Source: Balanoglossus misakiensis
Taxonomy: Eukaryota > Animalia > Hemichordata
Length of the DNA stretch: 64,000 bases
Assembly: GCA_040954595.2 (NCBI GenBank)
Contig: CM082586.2
Coordinates: 1,803,124-1,867,123, forward strand
Reading direction: 5' to 3'
Shown: one piece after another, positions 12,925-26,248 of the stretch
Numbering within the stretch: the stretch's first letter is position 1
Layout of the letters: each line of letters begins with the position of its first letter
Made by a program: the position numbers and the translations under genes
Notes under the pieces: model-generated
What the model was told of the DNA's origin: nothing
The model's database searches: none
Seen by the model: the letters and a program-made list of their open reading frames with translations, nothing else

Positions 12925-14060
12925 AGGAGATGACGTCACTTCCTGTTGTTGATTACATTACTGGCACTGTCATCACCGAAAAATTGAACCTTGAAACTTT
13001 GAACTTGAAGGTGATAAAATTCGCAAAGATGGTTGTTTTTTCAGAACAGTTGATGAGAGGATTTATATGCCAGGGATTTGATCAATAATGCGAAATGATT
13101 GGAATTTGATTATGAATAAACTCAGTACATTTTTCGAGACGCGACTCCCATGGTTCGACGCGAGAGACGCACCTTTTATGGCAGTGCACCTGTATTTTGA
13201 ATAGCCAATCAGCTAAGGCTTCGGAAACCGACTTTCACGTCAGTTTCTGAAACCGAGCTCGGCCATACGTGAAGTCGACGCCTGATTGGTCCGATGATAA
13301 TAGGCAATGGCCGCCTCGGCCAATAGGCGTCTTTTCCGCTTTGAAACGCCATAGATCACCCGTAATTGGGTAGACAACAGGAAATCAAAACAGTTTACTT
13401 TTCATGCTGGTCTGTGTCCAAACCACAAGTAGCAGAGAGTGTTGTCTGAATTCCAAAGTTTCAGCCATAGTGTTTCCAGATGACAACAAACGCGCCTGAA
13501 CGGGGCATGGCTGTCTCAAAACAATTCTCACGCTACGACCACTAGAGACGACAGACAGGCAAACAATCGCCATGGACGACCGACCTCCGTTATTGTTATT
13601 TTTTTCAAAAGAAAAAATACGGAAAGATACCCTGGTTTGTAAAGTGACACTCAATGATTCTGTTGGATCAATATGTTTGGCAACATTCTGTCCCTGCTAT
13701 GTAATCCTTTTTAGAAGTGTTCTGCTTTCTTCGATGAAGAGGGGAACTGTGGCTTATTCTTTCAGCTTTTCATGAAGAAGGGATGTGAGAACTACTGGTC
13801 CAAGCTCCTTTTTTCTCTCCTGGTGGGCCAATCCCCAACCCCGATCGAATTTCACCGCGCTTTCACCAGTCATTTGTTGTCATGACAACAAATTACATCC
13901 CGCATCAATTTGTTGCTGAACTTTGCGAGGACAAAACAATGGGCGCGGCGTATGATTGGTCCGCTGGCCTGCAAAAGGCAAGTCGCGTTCAATTTTAAGT
14001 AGGTGAGAGTGGGGGACGATTTGGAGAGGGCCATTTACGGTCCAGACGAAGTTCTCAGAG
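12925..14060. promoter_or_regulatory. Upstream regulatory region of BMP5-8 with a CRE-ETS composite and several CCAAT boxes
   Basis: TGACGTCACTTCC at 12931-12943; CCAAT/ATTGG near 13205, 13285, 13320 and 13954; CpG-rich context upstream of exon 1. Confidence 0.4.
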
Positions 14061-14738
14061 CGTTGCAACACGACTGAAAAACGGACTGACCAGTAATCGA
14101 ACTCCGACCGGAGAACTAGTGGCGAATCTCTCGTTCCTTGTTACCGCAGCTGAAAAACGAGACCACTTTTTGCCGTTCCCGCACTTTCGAGTTAGTTGAC
14201 TTTGCTGATTTATTTATGTGGATGCGCGGCTTTTTTTGCATTATTTACTAAGCCCATGGGAATGTGAGGCCCGTAATGTGGTCTTAATAGCTCCCTTTCC
14301 GGGCTCTGTCGACATCCGTATGAATCACGACTAAAAGCTTTTACACCTTGTTCGTCCAGAATGTGAACTTCCAACAGACCAGCTCTTGCCGCTCTATCTG
14401 AGAAAGCTCACATAACGCCGGGAAACCTATCGCTGTCCATTCTGTCGTGCCCGGTGTTGTCTTCCCTGTACCGTTTGCATTTTTGGTGTCCCGTTCGCCG
14501 GCTTTGAGAGGCTTGAAGCGAAGTTGTCGGCAGTCCGAGTGGCCACACTTGTGAGTTTTCAATAGCGAAGAGAATTGCGTTCGCCTTTCACTTCGGTGTA
14601 TGGTCATTTGCATTTCCAGTGGCTTGCTGCTGACTAGCGTGTACCAAAGACGCACGCAACACACAAACGCAGATCCGCGACGAGAGAAGCAAGACCTGCT
14701 TCGTCCGCTGGGAGTGAATTTTGTTCCTTCTGAACGCG

Positions 14739-17700
14739 ATGTGCTCTGTGAATATGCCGGGCTCTTGGATTCTACTGTTCTTAGTGTGCTGCCTGGTTTG
14801 TGGCCGCGTCTCCGCTTGGGATATGTACTCGGCCGAGTCGCAGGATATCCACGGGGGCTTGGACGTCATCGACCCCGTTGTCCAGGTCCACGGCCGGCAG
14901 AAAAAGGAGATGCAACAGGAGATACTCTCGCTGCTTGGTTTGAACCACCGGCCGAGACCGCGCACTGCCGGCACGGGGAACTCGGCGCCGAAGTTCATGA
15001 TTGATCTGTACAAGTCCATCTCTTCGGAAAACGACGATGTTGTGGACGATGCAACCAGCAATGCGTTGCTGCGTGACCTGAGTCACAACTACACTCAGAA
15101 AGAATTGAACGAACTCAACCAAGCTGATGTCGTCATGAGTTTTCCACGTAAGTTTATATTTCATCTCGTCGGGTTTTTTTGAATGATTCAGAAAATTCTG
15201 CTTCGGTTTGTGTTTTGAATATTTGACCCACGGCAGCTGGTCCGCTGCTTTCCGCGTTTCTCTTTGTAAACACGACGACCGTTGTTGACACATAACTCTA
15301 TCACTTTTCCCACCTATAACTGCCCGTTTTCAGTGTGTCACACGCACGACAACACCACACACATTAGCCAGCCACATAAACTGGAAAGATTACCGGCTAA
15401 ACACTGAGAGACGCAAGCCCTTGCTGAAGGCGCGGGGTCAAGACTTTTTAAGTCTTTCATCTGTGTAATTTCGACTGTTTCAATCGGCCCTTCATTATGC
15501 TGTGTTATTGAAGTGAACACCGGCCTACATACTTTCCCTCTATTGTTTCCACTACACCGCTTTCCTTTCGCACAATGCCACCCAGTTGATCGCACCTTTT
15601 TTCTTGGGACTTTCTTTCACAATGCAATTTGCCCGGTCCTCCTTCGCCCCCGCTGCACATGCGTTTTCATTTACCAACAAGCGGAACCAACCAGCCCCTA
15701 TTCCCCCCGAACTTGCAATTGCACTTTTAGTGCAGGGAATAATTCTAACTCGAGATCCGTCCAGCGAGAAACCTCTTTTATTTTGAGTGGTCATTCCCAC
15801 CAGTAGACTTCGCGTGTTGTGATTATTTGAGAGCACCTGGACATGCGGGACTCCCCTGCTCACCCTTGGTCACGGCAAATCAGCGCAGTCGCTGCGGTTA
15901 CTGAACGCTGCTTTCCACAAGCGGACCGTCAGTTCGCGCCGCTTTGAAGTCCCCATACTCGCGTTGGAGATTTTTTGAACACGACATATTTAATTTCCGA
16001 ATATCACCATCATTATTGTCACCAAAAGGGAAAGGGAATATCCCTTGTAGGATAGAGAAAATTCGCCATTAGAGTCGTGAACTTGATAATTTTTCGCGAA
16101 CATTCATTCGCTCTTTCGCCAGGTGATATACGGTTACCATTCAAAACACGTCACACCACAGTCGCACGTGTCGTAACATGGTACGTTATTGTCATGCATT
16201 TCAACGTCGGTTTGAAACTATTTTCTCCCGAGAAATGGTCAAATTTACGGGGTGGTGGATGGGGCGTGCTTTGCTGGATGACCTGTCAACGACTTTCCGT
16301 GCAACCACTGTAGTCACATGAAACCAACAGTTGCGTAACCCCCTTACGCCACCTACTTCGTGTAAACTTCATATAATTTAATTAGGGGGAATGTCTAAAC
16401 AATGGGCAATTAGTGCATAAATCGATTTCAAAGATGTTCCAACCCTTCCCGTTGTGTACATGGATTACCCGACAGTACTTGCGCGAGCAGTGCCCTTCGA
16501 AGCGAACGGTCGCCCGATCATGTAGATAACTTGTCACGACATTCGCATCTTAATTTAGTTTCATAATTTTTAGTCCGGACTTAAATTCCGTCACAAATAA
16601 GATGCAGGCCGCATTAATATGTGTTTCAACGCACTGTTGAAATAATAACAAATATAGTGACCTTCCCGACAATCCCCGATAAGGTCACCAATGACAGAAA
16701 TTTCCAAACCCGAAATGGTCCTTTTTGGACCTTTCACTGACAGTGCCTTCGGGTTAACCTGCAATCATTCCGGCTGTATGATGACTTTACGTGTCAGTTT
16801 CAAACAAGATCGAAAATTCCTCGCTTGACTTGCATTGAACAGTTGTCCATTTCCAACGAATTTTCCGCAAGAATAGATTACACGTCCACAGTTCTTCGCA
16901 TGTGGCCAGTTTCACAATGAATCTCTAAGGGTGTCCCCGAGCAGGCAGCTCGGGGTGCATGGATCGGAGCAACCCCCTCCCCCACGCGAACTTGGTCGTC
17001 AACGGCAATTCGAACCATCCAGGCCAGGTCTAGTCGTCTCCGTCGAATTTGCCACGTGCCGCGCGGCCTTTGGGGTGACGGCGAGATGACGTAAAACGGG
17101 AGGTCACAAACTGGCGGCTCGATTGGCCAGCCGCGTCTGCGCACAGTTTGGCACGACGGAGTACGTAACCCTAAGAAACTACATTTTGCATTATGACCGA
17201 TTGCCATAATAACCTATCGTCTAGCCACGCACCTTTCCGAAAGTAAAGCTGTCTTTGTGGTCATTAAATTCCACACACCGTCTCCAAAACTTTGCCGTAC
17301 TCAGTCCTCCACATTATCGGGCGGCCATTGAAACTAAACATACCCCTTCAAAAAATATCCATTCACTTAACGATGTTGTTTTGTGTTTAGGTCGGTTTGG
17401 TTTGCCTTCGGCCTTTTATCCCTCCCAGACTGCCAAACGACGTTGCAATCCTGTACACACGGCTTCACTCTCTTCAAAGACCACGCCAATTAGATTCCCA
17501 TTCTGTTCTCAAGGACGCGTACCTAGAGATGAGAATCAAGAAAAAACACACTGCCGTAAAATCGGCTTTGGTCCATTCAGCCCCGCTAATGTACTTTCTA
17601 AGCCTCCTTTAAATTCATTAACAGTCCTTTATTGAGACAATAATTCAATTTAAATGTTAAGCAACTGACTGCCAATCTGCCGTGCAAACAACATGGTAAT

Positions 17701-20700
17701 GACACCATTTCTTGATGAGCAGTTGTTGGCTTCACTGAAGGATGCTCTCTGTTTGTTCTAGTTATTAGTCACCAGTCAATGACGCTGCTTGCCCAACGGG
17801 CAAAGACAGACCGTGGCCGTCAAGATTCGTCGCGCCCGGTCCACGTTTCCCCGCGTTACTTTTTCTTTATGTAAATCCGAATCGCAACAAGGGGAGAACC
17901 ATTTGATTTCGGGGGGGGGGGGTGGATGGACTATTTTCGGTTGAAAAATGTTGGCAGATGGTGCAGTTGAAAACAAACTTTTTATGCAATTCCTTGAGAA
18001 AAAAGGTGCTATAGGCCTAACAGTAGCTGATTTTTTTTGCCGGCATACCCACCCCCAGAAATGAATCAAATGGTTCTCCCCTAGCCCCATTTCAAGATGA
18101 CATGAGAATATTTAATGTGACTCAGATCGTGGATTGTTAATTATTGGTATATGTTTGGGATATCTGGGATATCACCCATTATTTTCCGCACCGTCTCAGC
18201 CCGTATTTGTCTCTCCCACTCACACCAACCAAACTTCACCCGACTCCGCCGAATCACTCCAAATCTGGAAAGCATATCCCGCACCGTGCTTTACCAGGGC
18301 GACAGTTCTCATCTCAAATTCCCCCGAAAGAATCTCGGGTTTCGCGTTCACGCTCCTTAGACCAATATTTTCCAACACTGGGAACCGGATAAGAGAAAAA
18401 CGAAGTTACAGCGCCCTAAACAATCATAACGGCCATCCTAGATGTCACTGCGGTCGTTATATCCCATGTTTGTTTATGCATCTTAAATAAACATAAACAA
18501 TCAATGTAAATAGAATTGAAATAGTTGCACGTTTACAAGAGGGGTTTGAGTGTCCTCTCACAAAGGGAACCTCCCTCTAATCTTACAATCCTTTGGCGAG
18601 CGCGAGGCCTGGCGGACGGCACTGTGTGAAAAGCGACACCGACTCCATCGCGAACGTTTAAGAGTCCCGAATTCTTTTTGCCTTTGTCCGAGCATCTCTG
18701 CCCCCTTACGGTGTAATTGCGACCACGCGTCGTACACCCCCCTTACTACCGAATTACGTCGCTAACAAAACCATTCCTGAGGCGCGACTGAGACACATGT
18801 TCTGTACGATCTGGAGTTATTGAATTTCCTCGTGCCCCTTCTGGTGCATATTTGAATTGTAGTCTTTTTTGTTTTCTTACATTCAGCACCGACTATTTGT
18901 TTCTCGGGGGTCCGCGCGCGTCCACGCAGTATTGAACGCAATGCCACAAATATGAGACCACACAGGGTGATGACTAAAAAACGCGTGGTTTGCCAGTAAA
19001 TTCCCCGCGCTTCGCACCTAAATAAGAATGGTTCCAATCAACCTGTTTTGACGACGTCTAAATATGAAAGGGATGCCATTTTCTAGAACAATAGCCTTGG
19101 TAGTTAAACTGCAATCATGCGTGCTTATTACGGATTCAGAAACACTCGAACTTGATAGGTGCAGTGTTTTGCAATGACGTCATTCCTTGACCACCTCGCC
19201 CGCAAATTAGATCTGGTAACTTAAAGTTTCACTTAAGTTTCAAAACTAACCTTGCTACTCCATTTTACGAGCAAATTCCAAACTTTTGATTTGGACTAGC
19301 GTGTTATTTTCGCTAGGCTACAGCATAGCCAAACACACGCCTTGACCAATATCCACTCAAACCCATTAAAAGCATGATACCAGTATCTACCAAGTTCAAG
19401 ATTATTCATGTTAGAAATATTTTACTCGATATAGAAAGATTTGTGTAAATGGCCGCTTTAAAACCTTCCGTGCGTTCATGTGCGTGAGAATTTCAACTCC
19501 CACGAGAAACCCTTTCTACCTGTCTGCATGGAATGAATCATGTAGAGGGCAACACGAATAGACTCTTCGTTTATTTACAACTGAACTGTTGACCCCTAAT
19601 AGACCTAAGATACAATCACATATCTGCGAGTACACTCCAATTAGGTCTGATTTAAACCTTGTTTATCTTTTAATTTCGAAGTAGCGGCAGATGTTATCGT
19701 TTTCAATTTGAGAAAAGCAGCACGTCTCTCCTCGCGTCTCTCCTCGCGGCGATTCCGTCATCCGGGTATCTTATGTCACATCCGAATGCCGCTGCTGATA
19801 ATATCGCGATATTTATGATGTTTGACTTGATGCCCGCAACTTCAATTACAAGAGCGCTTTTACATGGGAATAAAAACAGCCACCACACCCCATTACTAGT
19901 ATGTCTCTATGGGAATGTATACACCAAGTCGTATAACTCGTGGAGTGAGAGTAACCAGGGCCTTGCGCTCATTTCGCGCCATAAAACGGCGATGTCTGCT
20001 TTTTGTTAAAATCCTTGGATAGGCAGTGATGTGTGTTTTTCGGGCTATGGTCCACACACGCCGCGACAAACATATTTCACATTCTTCCGTTTGGTGGTTT
20101 GAACGTACTCACTTTTGTCTTAAGGCATTCTCAACATGATGTGCACGAAAAAGTACCCTGTCAGACCAAATTTTTATGTGAATATTTCACTCTTCACACC
20201 ACGACCTATAAAACCACTCAGTATAATCCCACACAGACGATAGGCTATTATCATGGTTATATTACATCATAATTATTGTGACTAGTTCTGTGACCTGCCC
20301 GTGCATCAATTAATTTTGTTCAGCTGTAGAATCAAATCGATATCCGTAATTCATATAATAATATATGATAACATGACACTCCAAATGCAACGATATTCGA
20401 TCGGATATGGTCAAGTATATGTCAAATATAATTATTACGTCGATGATCTTCGTATCGGACGCAAATTGTCCCCGCGTGACCGCTGGATGAACTCATCGTC
20501 CTCTGTAAAAACGGCATTACCACAAGATTCAGAGGAATGGTGATTTATCGACAGTGTCACATTAAGCTGCTTTCAGGAAGGACGATAATGCATGTACAGG
20601 AAGTTGGGGGGACATTAAGTGTGGCTATGGTCCCTCCTCCCATCCTCCGTCCGTGATAGGCAAGAGACCAATAAATTGATGTTGGGATTGTAATATCAGA

Positions 20701-23700
20701 AATTTTACATGCATTATGATATAAACATTATTTTTGTTCAGCCAGCACCATGTCTGAAGTTTACCTGTCAACGGGCAACCAGAAAGAATCTAGACATTGT
20801 CGGTTTTGAAACCGTGTTTATTTTGACAGAATTTCCGTGGCATTCGGGCCACATTTCGTCAGGAGGCCCCGCCACCGTGCACCGCACACCGAGATATGCA
20901 TCACTCGTCTCGGCTGATACAGCAACTACATGTAAACTTCCAGGTCGGCGCACTCGACCTGAGCGACTGTGCGTTTTCGACACAGATGGATGATAACAGT
21001 CAAAGGGGATTTTGTTTGTGGATTTTGCTGTTTGACCTACCCCAAACAGATCAGTGGTTCTAAATAGCTCCCGTAAATAGACTGGGTGGGGAAATCGCAT
21101 GCTATAGCACTCCACTTAAAATAGACGCGTCATCGACAGCATTTTTCGGAGATCGAGTCAAGTCTTTGGTGATCGGTCCTATAACCAATCAAATTTTGTG
21201 TGATCGGAAAAAAATCACGTGATCTGACGAGTGATATTGAACACCTGGTAGCGACGAGAATCTGAACATTTTTTTTCGATTCATAGCCCCCGTCAGTATG
21301 TTCGACCGTTACATCTGTAGAACTAGCTTTTGTTTCATGATTTGAACAGAGAAACACCATTCGTTTCGGCTCGGGGCAACTATTCACGTGGTATGAGAGC
21401 AATCGTTGCTGTCACCTGTATGTAAATTCGAATAACAACTTCATTTAAAGGTATACGGTCACTTTATATGCAAATTTCGCCAATTACCATGGGCATTAAC
21501 TTCTATTTCACGGGAGACCCACCGTGCCAATTCTCAACTCGTATCAATCCAGACCGCTATAGTTTAGATCTGGCCAATAACAGATTTTCACTTGGAGTGT
21601 CACGCGAAAAAGTACACTTGGTCATCGTAGAAAAACTTGAACACGCCCCATGAACCGAATATGGGTATATGAAAGTTATATGTGATTATTATGTTTTCAA
21701 GAAGACTTCGGCCTTGGGTGGAATTCCAGCCAAACATATGCCGTTTTAATTTAGGACGACAGGAAGTTTTAACGGGATCTCAGGAAAATATTATCTTGTT
21801 AGTTTGAAAGAGCCCCGGTCTGTCTCGGACCCCTCTATTTTTCAAAATCACCCAAACGAAATCTTACCAAGGCCGAGAAGGGCTCGCAGTCACACTGTCT
21901 CTCAGTCGCGCTTACAAAACGACGGACAGGCGCGTCGTGTCGCGTCGTTTGAATTGCTCTACAGAATGCTGAGAATTTTTATACACGAATAACGGAAGTA
22001 TGCATTCTGCTCGCATTATTCCCCGTTGTCCCGGCGTTTCCGATTGGTTTTATTTCTGAACAACAACACCGCATCTTGTGGGCGGCTTCGGTTTATGTTA
22101 TGAAACGGTAGATTTTTTTCCGTTTGTTGCGAACAATATGGCAGGAGACGTTGGGTTCTGACCGAGACCACACAAGCACTTTCGAGTCATCCACCGTGAA
22201 TGCTGTTTACATAGATGTCTATGGTCCCTATACAAATAATTCCGATCAGGTGGAAGAATTCCCTCGTAAATCAAGACTAATTCCATTTATCCTTTGTCTT
22301 CACTGCCTTTGTTGGGACACAATCCCCTTTTCCCGTCAACGCTGGATACGAAGGAAATTAAAGCCTCTTTCCAGAAACAAATGTTTGCAGAGACCATTGT
22401 TCCGCCCGGCCGTACTCTATCTAACTCGCATCGTTGGTGACAGGTGGTTATTCGCGGCGCTTGTAATAGATTTTTAGCGGAATCTAACTTACGTCATAGT
22501 TGGGCACGGAGAGCAATTATCAACCTGGGAACAGCCTCCGCGCAAGCGCAATTTGAAAATCTGCGTATCAGACACGAGCCATGTTAATTTTGATTGGCGT
22601 GAAAGTAATTGGTAGTGCGACATGCGTGCATTACTTCCATGCATACCCCGTGGCTCACTTTGCCTTCGGACTTGGGCTAGTTTCATTGGGCCTCTGGTCT
22701 TTTGGTCGACGACGAACATTTTCCCCATGTGACCTGCTTTTGGCCATAGAGCCACGAATGCCTACATATCTTCAATGGTCTTGACCATGACTTTTCAGCA
22801 TATGTAAACAAATATAAAAACAGAGAAATAATAATGACTAAAATACGGCAGCAATATTTATCATTTTCTGCTGCTAAGACCCCGTTTCACTGTATACAAT
22901 CACTGAAGTGACCATCAGTGGTACAATAGTTTTCACGGCGCTTGAAATTTCGGTATGCAGTGTTACGGTATGCACCCTTTTCAAGCGACTTCACAGTAAC
23001 GAAGACTTGATGACGTATTATGACCGAAAAGAAAAACAACACTTCAAAACACAGTACATTAAACGGGCATTTATGTTGTATTTATTTCTCTTATCTTAAC
23101 GCCCAAATGTTGAAATAACGACAGATCGGAACGAGAGCTACAGTTACAACGCTCAAACACACAGCGTCCGTGAAGGGGTCGTCTGTCTTGTATCAAAATC
23201 CAGCGAACCAAGCAGGAGGGAGCGTTAAATCGTTACAGACACATTACACGGTTATATCGGTCTTTCAGTGCCCACATTTATCGCGACATCAAAATCAAAA
23301 TGAGTACAAGTGTCCAGCAAGAACTGAAAATACGCATGAAGACGCCAAGCCCTTGACCGAGTGCGAATCGGACATATTGGAAAGGAAGATCTGATTCGAT
23401 CGGAGGAAATCGCTCCCAGATGTCTCGTATCCAGTCTTCCCCCTTAACGCAAATTCCCAGGGGAAAAGTGTCCGTTACTTACCGCAACTGCCCTGTCGAT
23501 ATAAGTTTACGATAGCAATTTCTCTCACATTTTTTTGTCTAAGTCTTATTAGGCCAACAAGTATGTTATTGGCTTGGTTTCAGTTTTCCATGGTAACCGT
23601 GGATAGATTTCCACATACCGTTAAACCAATGTACTTTTATCATGCATGATGTTCTTCACTTGCTTCGGGAGATACTAATACAGATATTAGCTTGTAATAA

Positions 23701-26248
23701 CAACTGTGTGTTTATGCATTAACCTATCAGACAGGCATCTGGTTCATTTTCTAACTGCGCTTTTATGAGATTTATAATTGAGCCTCTCCATAAATGCTGT
23801 GGATTGACCCGCGCCAGTTTCATAACTGTTTCTGCAGGTCACGCGAGGTTCAATGGAGCGTAAACCTGTGCGTAGTCTATAGTCCAGACTCCTGTGCTTT
23901 TCCGCTATGTGTGAAGTAGCGAAAACCCACGGGAGACTGGATTCTAGACTAACCTGGCGCGGCCGCATCTGCTTGTCGCCGGTGCGAGCAACCTCTAATG
24001 AAAATTTAACGCTTACATCCGCCGTAGTTGCACTATTGAAACCACTCTAAATTTAATTGCCTGCACGCTGTTTCGACCACCGAATTACTAAAAAGGCAGA
24101 TTGGCCCAGATAGGAGTTAAGCCCCATCTGTTACACTTGATGAAAAAGGGCTTCATCCCATTTAGATAAAGAAAACAATTTCAATTTGGACCCATTAGCC
24201 AAATTGTTTGGCATTTTTTCCGGGAGAAAAAGCGGGCAGCGCAATCGCGATAAACCTGCGTTATCTGTCAACACTGTAAATTGTGATGCGATGTTTGACA
24301 TGCCGCTGCTGTTTAACGGCGGTTTGAAGCTTCTTTCCCCAACTTTGTTTTGTCCTAATGGATTTTACAGGCCGCCATAAGTGGCCAACAGATAGAGGGG
24401 GGATTGAAGACTGACCAACACGAGGGCAAAAGCACAGGTCCACAGGACCCGTCACATCAGCTTCGAATTCGCTGTCCGTTCTTCTCTCTCAATTGTGTGG
24501 GGTTTACCAACAGATTGAACATTAACGACTCTTCCAAATGACAAGTTCTTCCCATTTTTTTCTAATTTTGCAGTTCTTCCAAAGAAGCACCACAAGTCAA
24601 CGAGGACCAACGTCCAACGCTACGAGTTCGACGTGAGTGACGTGTCGCTTGAAGATTCAGTGACGTCAGCAGAGTTTCGGGTGTACAAACACAGAAAAGA
24701 CAGCGCCGGTCCGTACACGATAAGCATCTCGCAGATCAAGAGGACAGATAGGGACCAGTAAGTATCCTTTATCTCCACTCCTTATAGACGTGAATACACT
24801 GGATTAAAAGAGTCGTCGCTGGGGGCGCTCAGAGTGCCACAATATCAGCCTGGACCATTATGTGAGACCAGTCTTTCGATCTCTGGTACCATCTTCCCTC
24901 CTTCCATTATTCGTTTTCTGAGGTTGCATCTTTCTCGGAGACTAAATCAAACCGTTTATTTGTTTTCCAGAGAGAAAGAAGCAGTACATTTGGACAGTCG
25001 AAGGGTTTCGGCGGATGAGCAGGGATGGATCGTGTTTGACGTCACAAATGTAGACGAAATCTGGGAGTCGCTAGAGAAAGATGAGCTTAAAGTACAGCTT
25101 TCAACAGAGTCAGCTGAAGGTAAGCCAACAAAAATGTAAACCTTTGTAAAGTTAAACCCCTCATTGATTTCGTGGGGTTATGCGTCGTAGGTTATTAAAC
25201 GCTCGGAAAACTTCAACTATGGCCTGGGCATGCATGTTTTCGCCAGGTAATATGGCAGCTGAGTAAATTTGTCGTTATATTTGATGAAAGAAAATTGATA
25301 TTAAAATGTCGCTGTTGGATTTTTCTTGGTGAATTGACTAAGCATGCTCGCATAATTCTATTGGTGACACAGGTAATGCAGTCGACATTCACGAAGCAGG
25401 AATCCTCGGTGAAGAAGACGACGACGACAAGCAGCCATTCGTGGTAGCGTTCTTCAAAGCGACAAAAGAAGTGCACATCCGGAAGACCAGGGGCGCCAAC
25501 CGGAAGAAGAATCGAAATAAAGGCAGGAATAGAAGACCTGAATCGATATCAAGATATGAAGACTCAGGTATGTAACTTTGGCGGCGCGAATTAAAGTAAC
25601 ATTGGAATTTACCGTGGAAAGAAATGTTTAATAATTACGATTCCAGTAATTTCCCCATTTTCAGCCATGGATCCGGGCAGAACCCTCAGCATAAATCACA
25701 TTTTTAAATGTCGGATATGCATATTTTTGGCCAGCCAAATCCTACTTTGTCGCGACTCATTTCTTCTCTACTATATTGCCATCAGATGGGAATGATCCTA
25801 GAGAAAAGAGCTGTCAGAAACGCTCACTTTACGTTAGCTTCAAAGAATTGGGCTGGCAGGTAAGTTACTATGGACAACTATATGTGCTCAAGAAATCCAC
25901 GACTTGAATTTGTATGACATTTTGAATTGCATCCGAATTCATATTCAGAGTCAATCACAGTGTGTCGTCCGTATCTGTTCACGGCAGGATTGGATCATTG
26001 CACCGGAGGGATACTATGCATTCTACTGCAACGGCGAGTGCTCCTTCCCGTTGAACGCACACATGAACGCCACAAACCACGCCATTGTCCAGACCTTGGT
26101 GCATCTCATGACCCCGGATGCAGTTCCCAAGCCCTGCTGTGCCCCCACCAAACTCAGTGCGATATCGGTCTTGTACTTCGACGATAGCTCCAACGTCATT
26201 CTCAAGAAGTATCGCAACATGGTCGTCAAGTCGTGCGGCTGCCACTAA
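14739..26248 (+). CDS. BMP5-8: Bone morphogenetic protein 5/6/7/8 (BMP5-8, gbb/60A subgroup) precursor
   Basis: Exons 14739-15147 (signal peptide, [35 protein letters not shown]), 24574-24757 ([14 protein letters not shown]), 24971-25119 ([14 protein letters not shown]), 25373-25567 ([12 protein letters not shown] furin site), 25786-25859 ([16 protein letters not shown]), 25988-26248 ([61 protein letters not shown]). Start may be 14739 or 14754. Confidence 0.96.
17890..18082. mobile_element. MITE-like non-autonomous DNA element in BMP intron 1
   Basis: Terminal inverted repeats AGGGGAGAACCATTTGATT ... AATCAAATGGTTCTCCCCT (19 bp perfect), each followed inward by a G or C run; about 190 bp and non-coding. 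Confidence 0.75.

Noticed and set aside
14588-15293. Antisense and alternate-frame ORFs over BMP exon 1
   Set aside because: Shadows of a GC-rich coding exon; no recognisable protein features.
23950-23975. Smad/Schnurri BMP-response element
   Set aside because: GGCGCG-N5-ATCTG does not match the GRCGNC-N5-GTCTG consensus.
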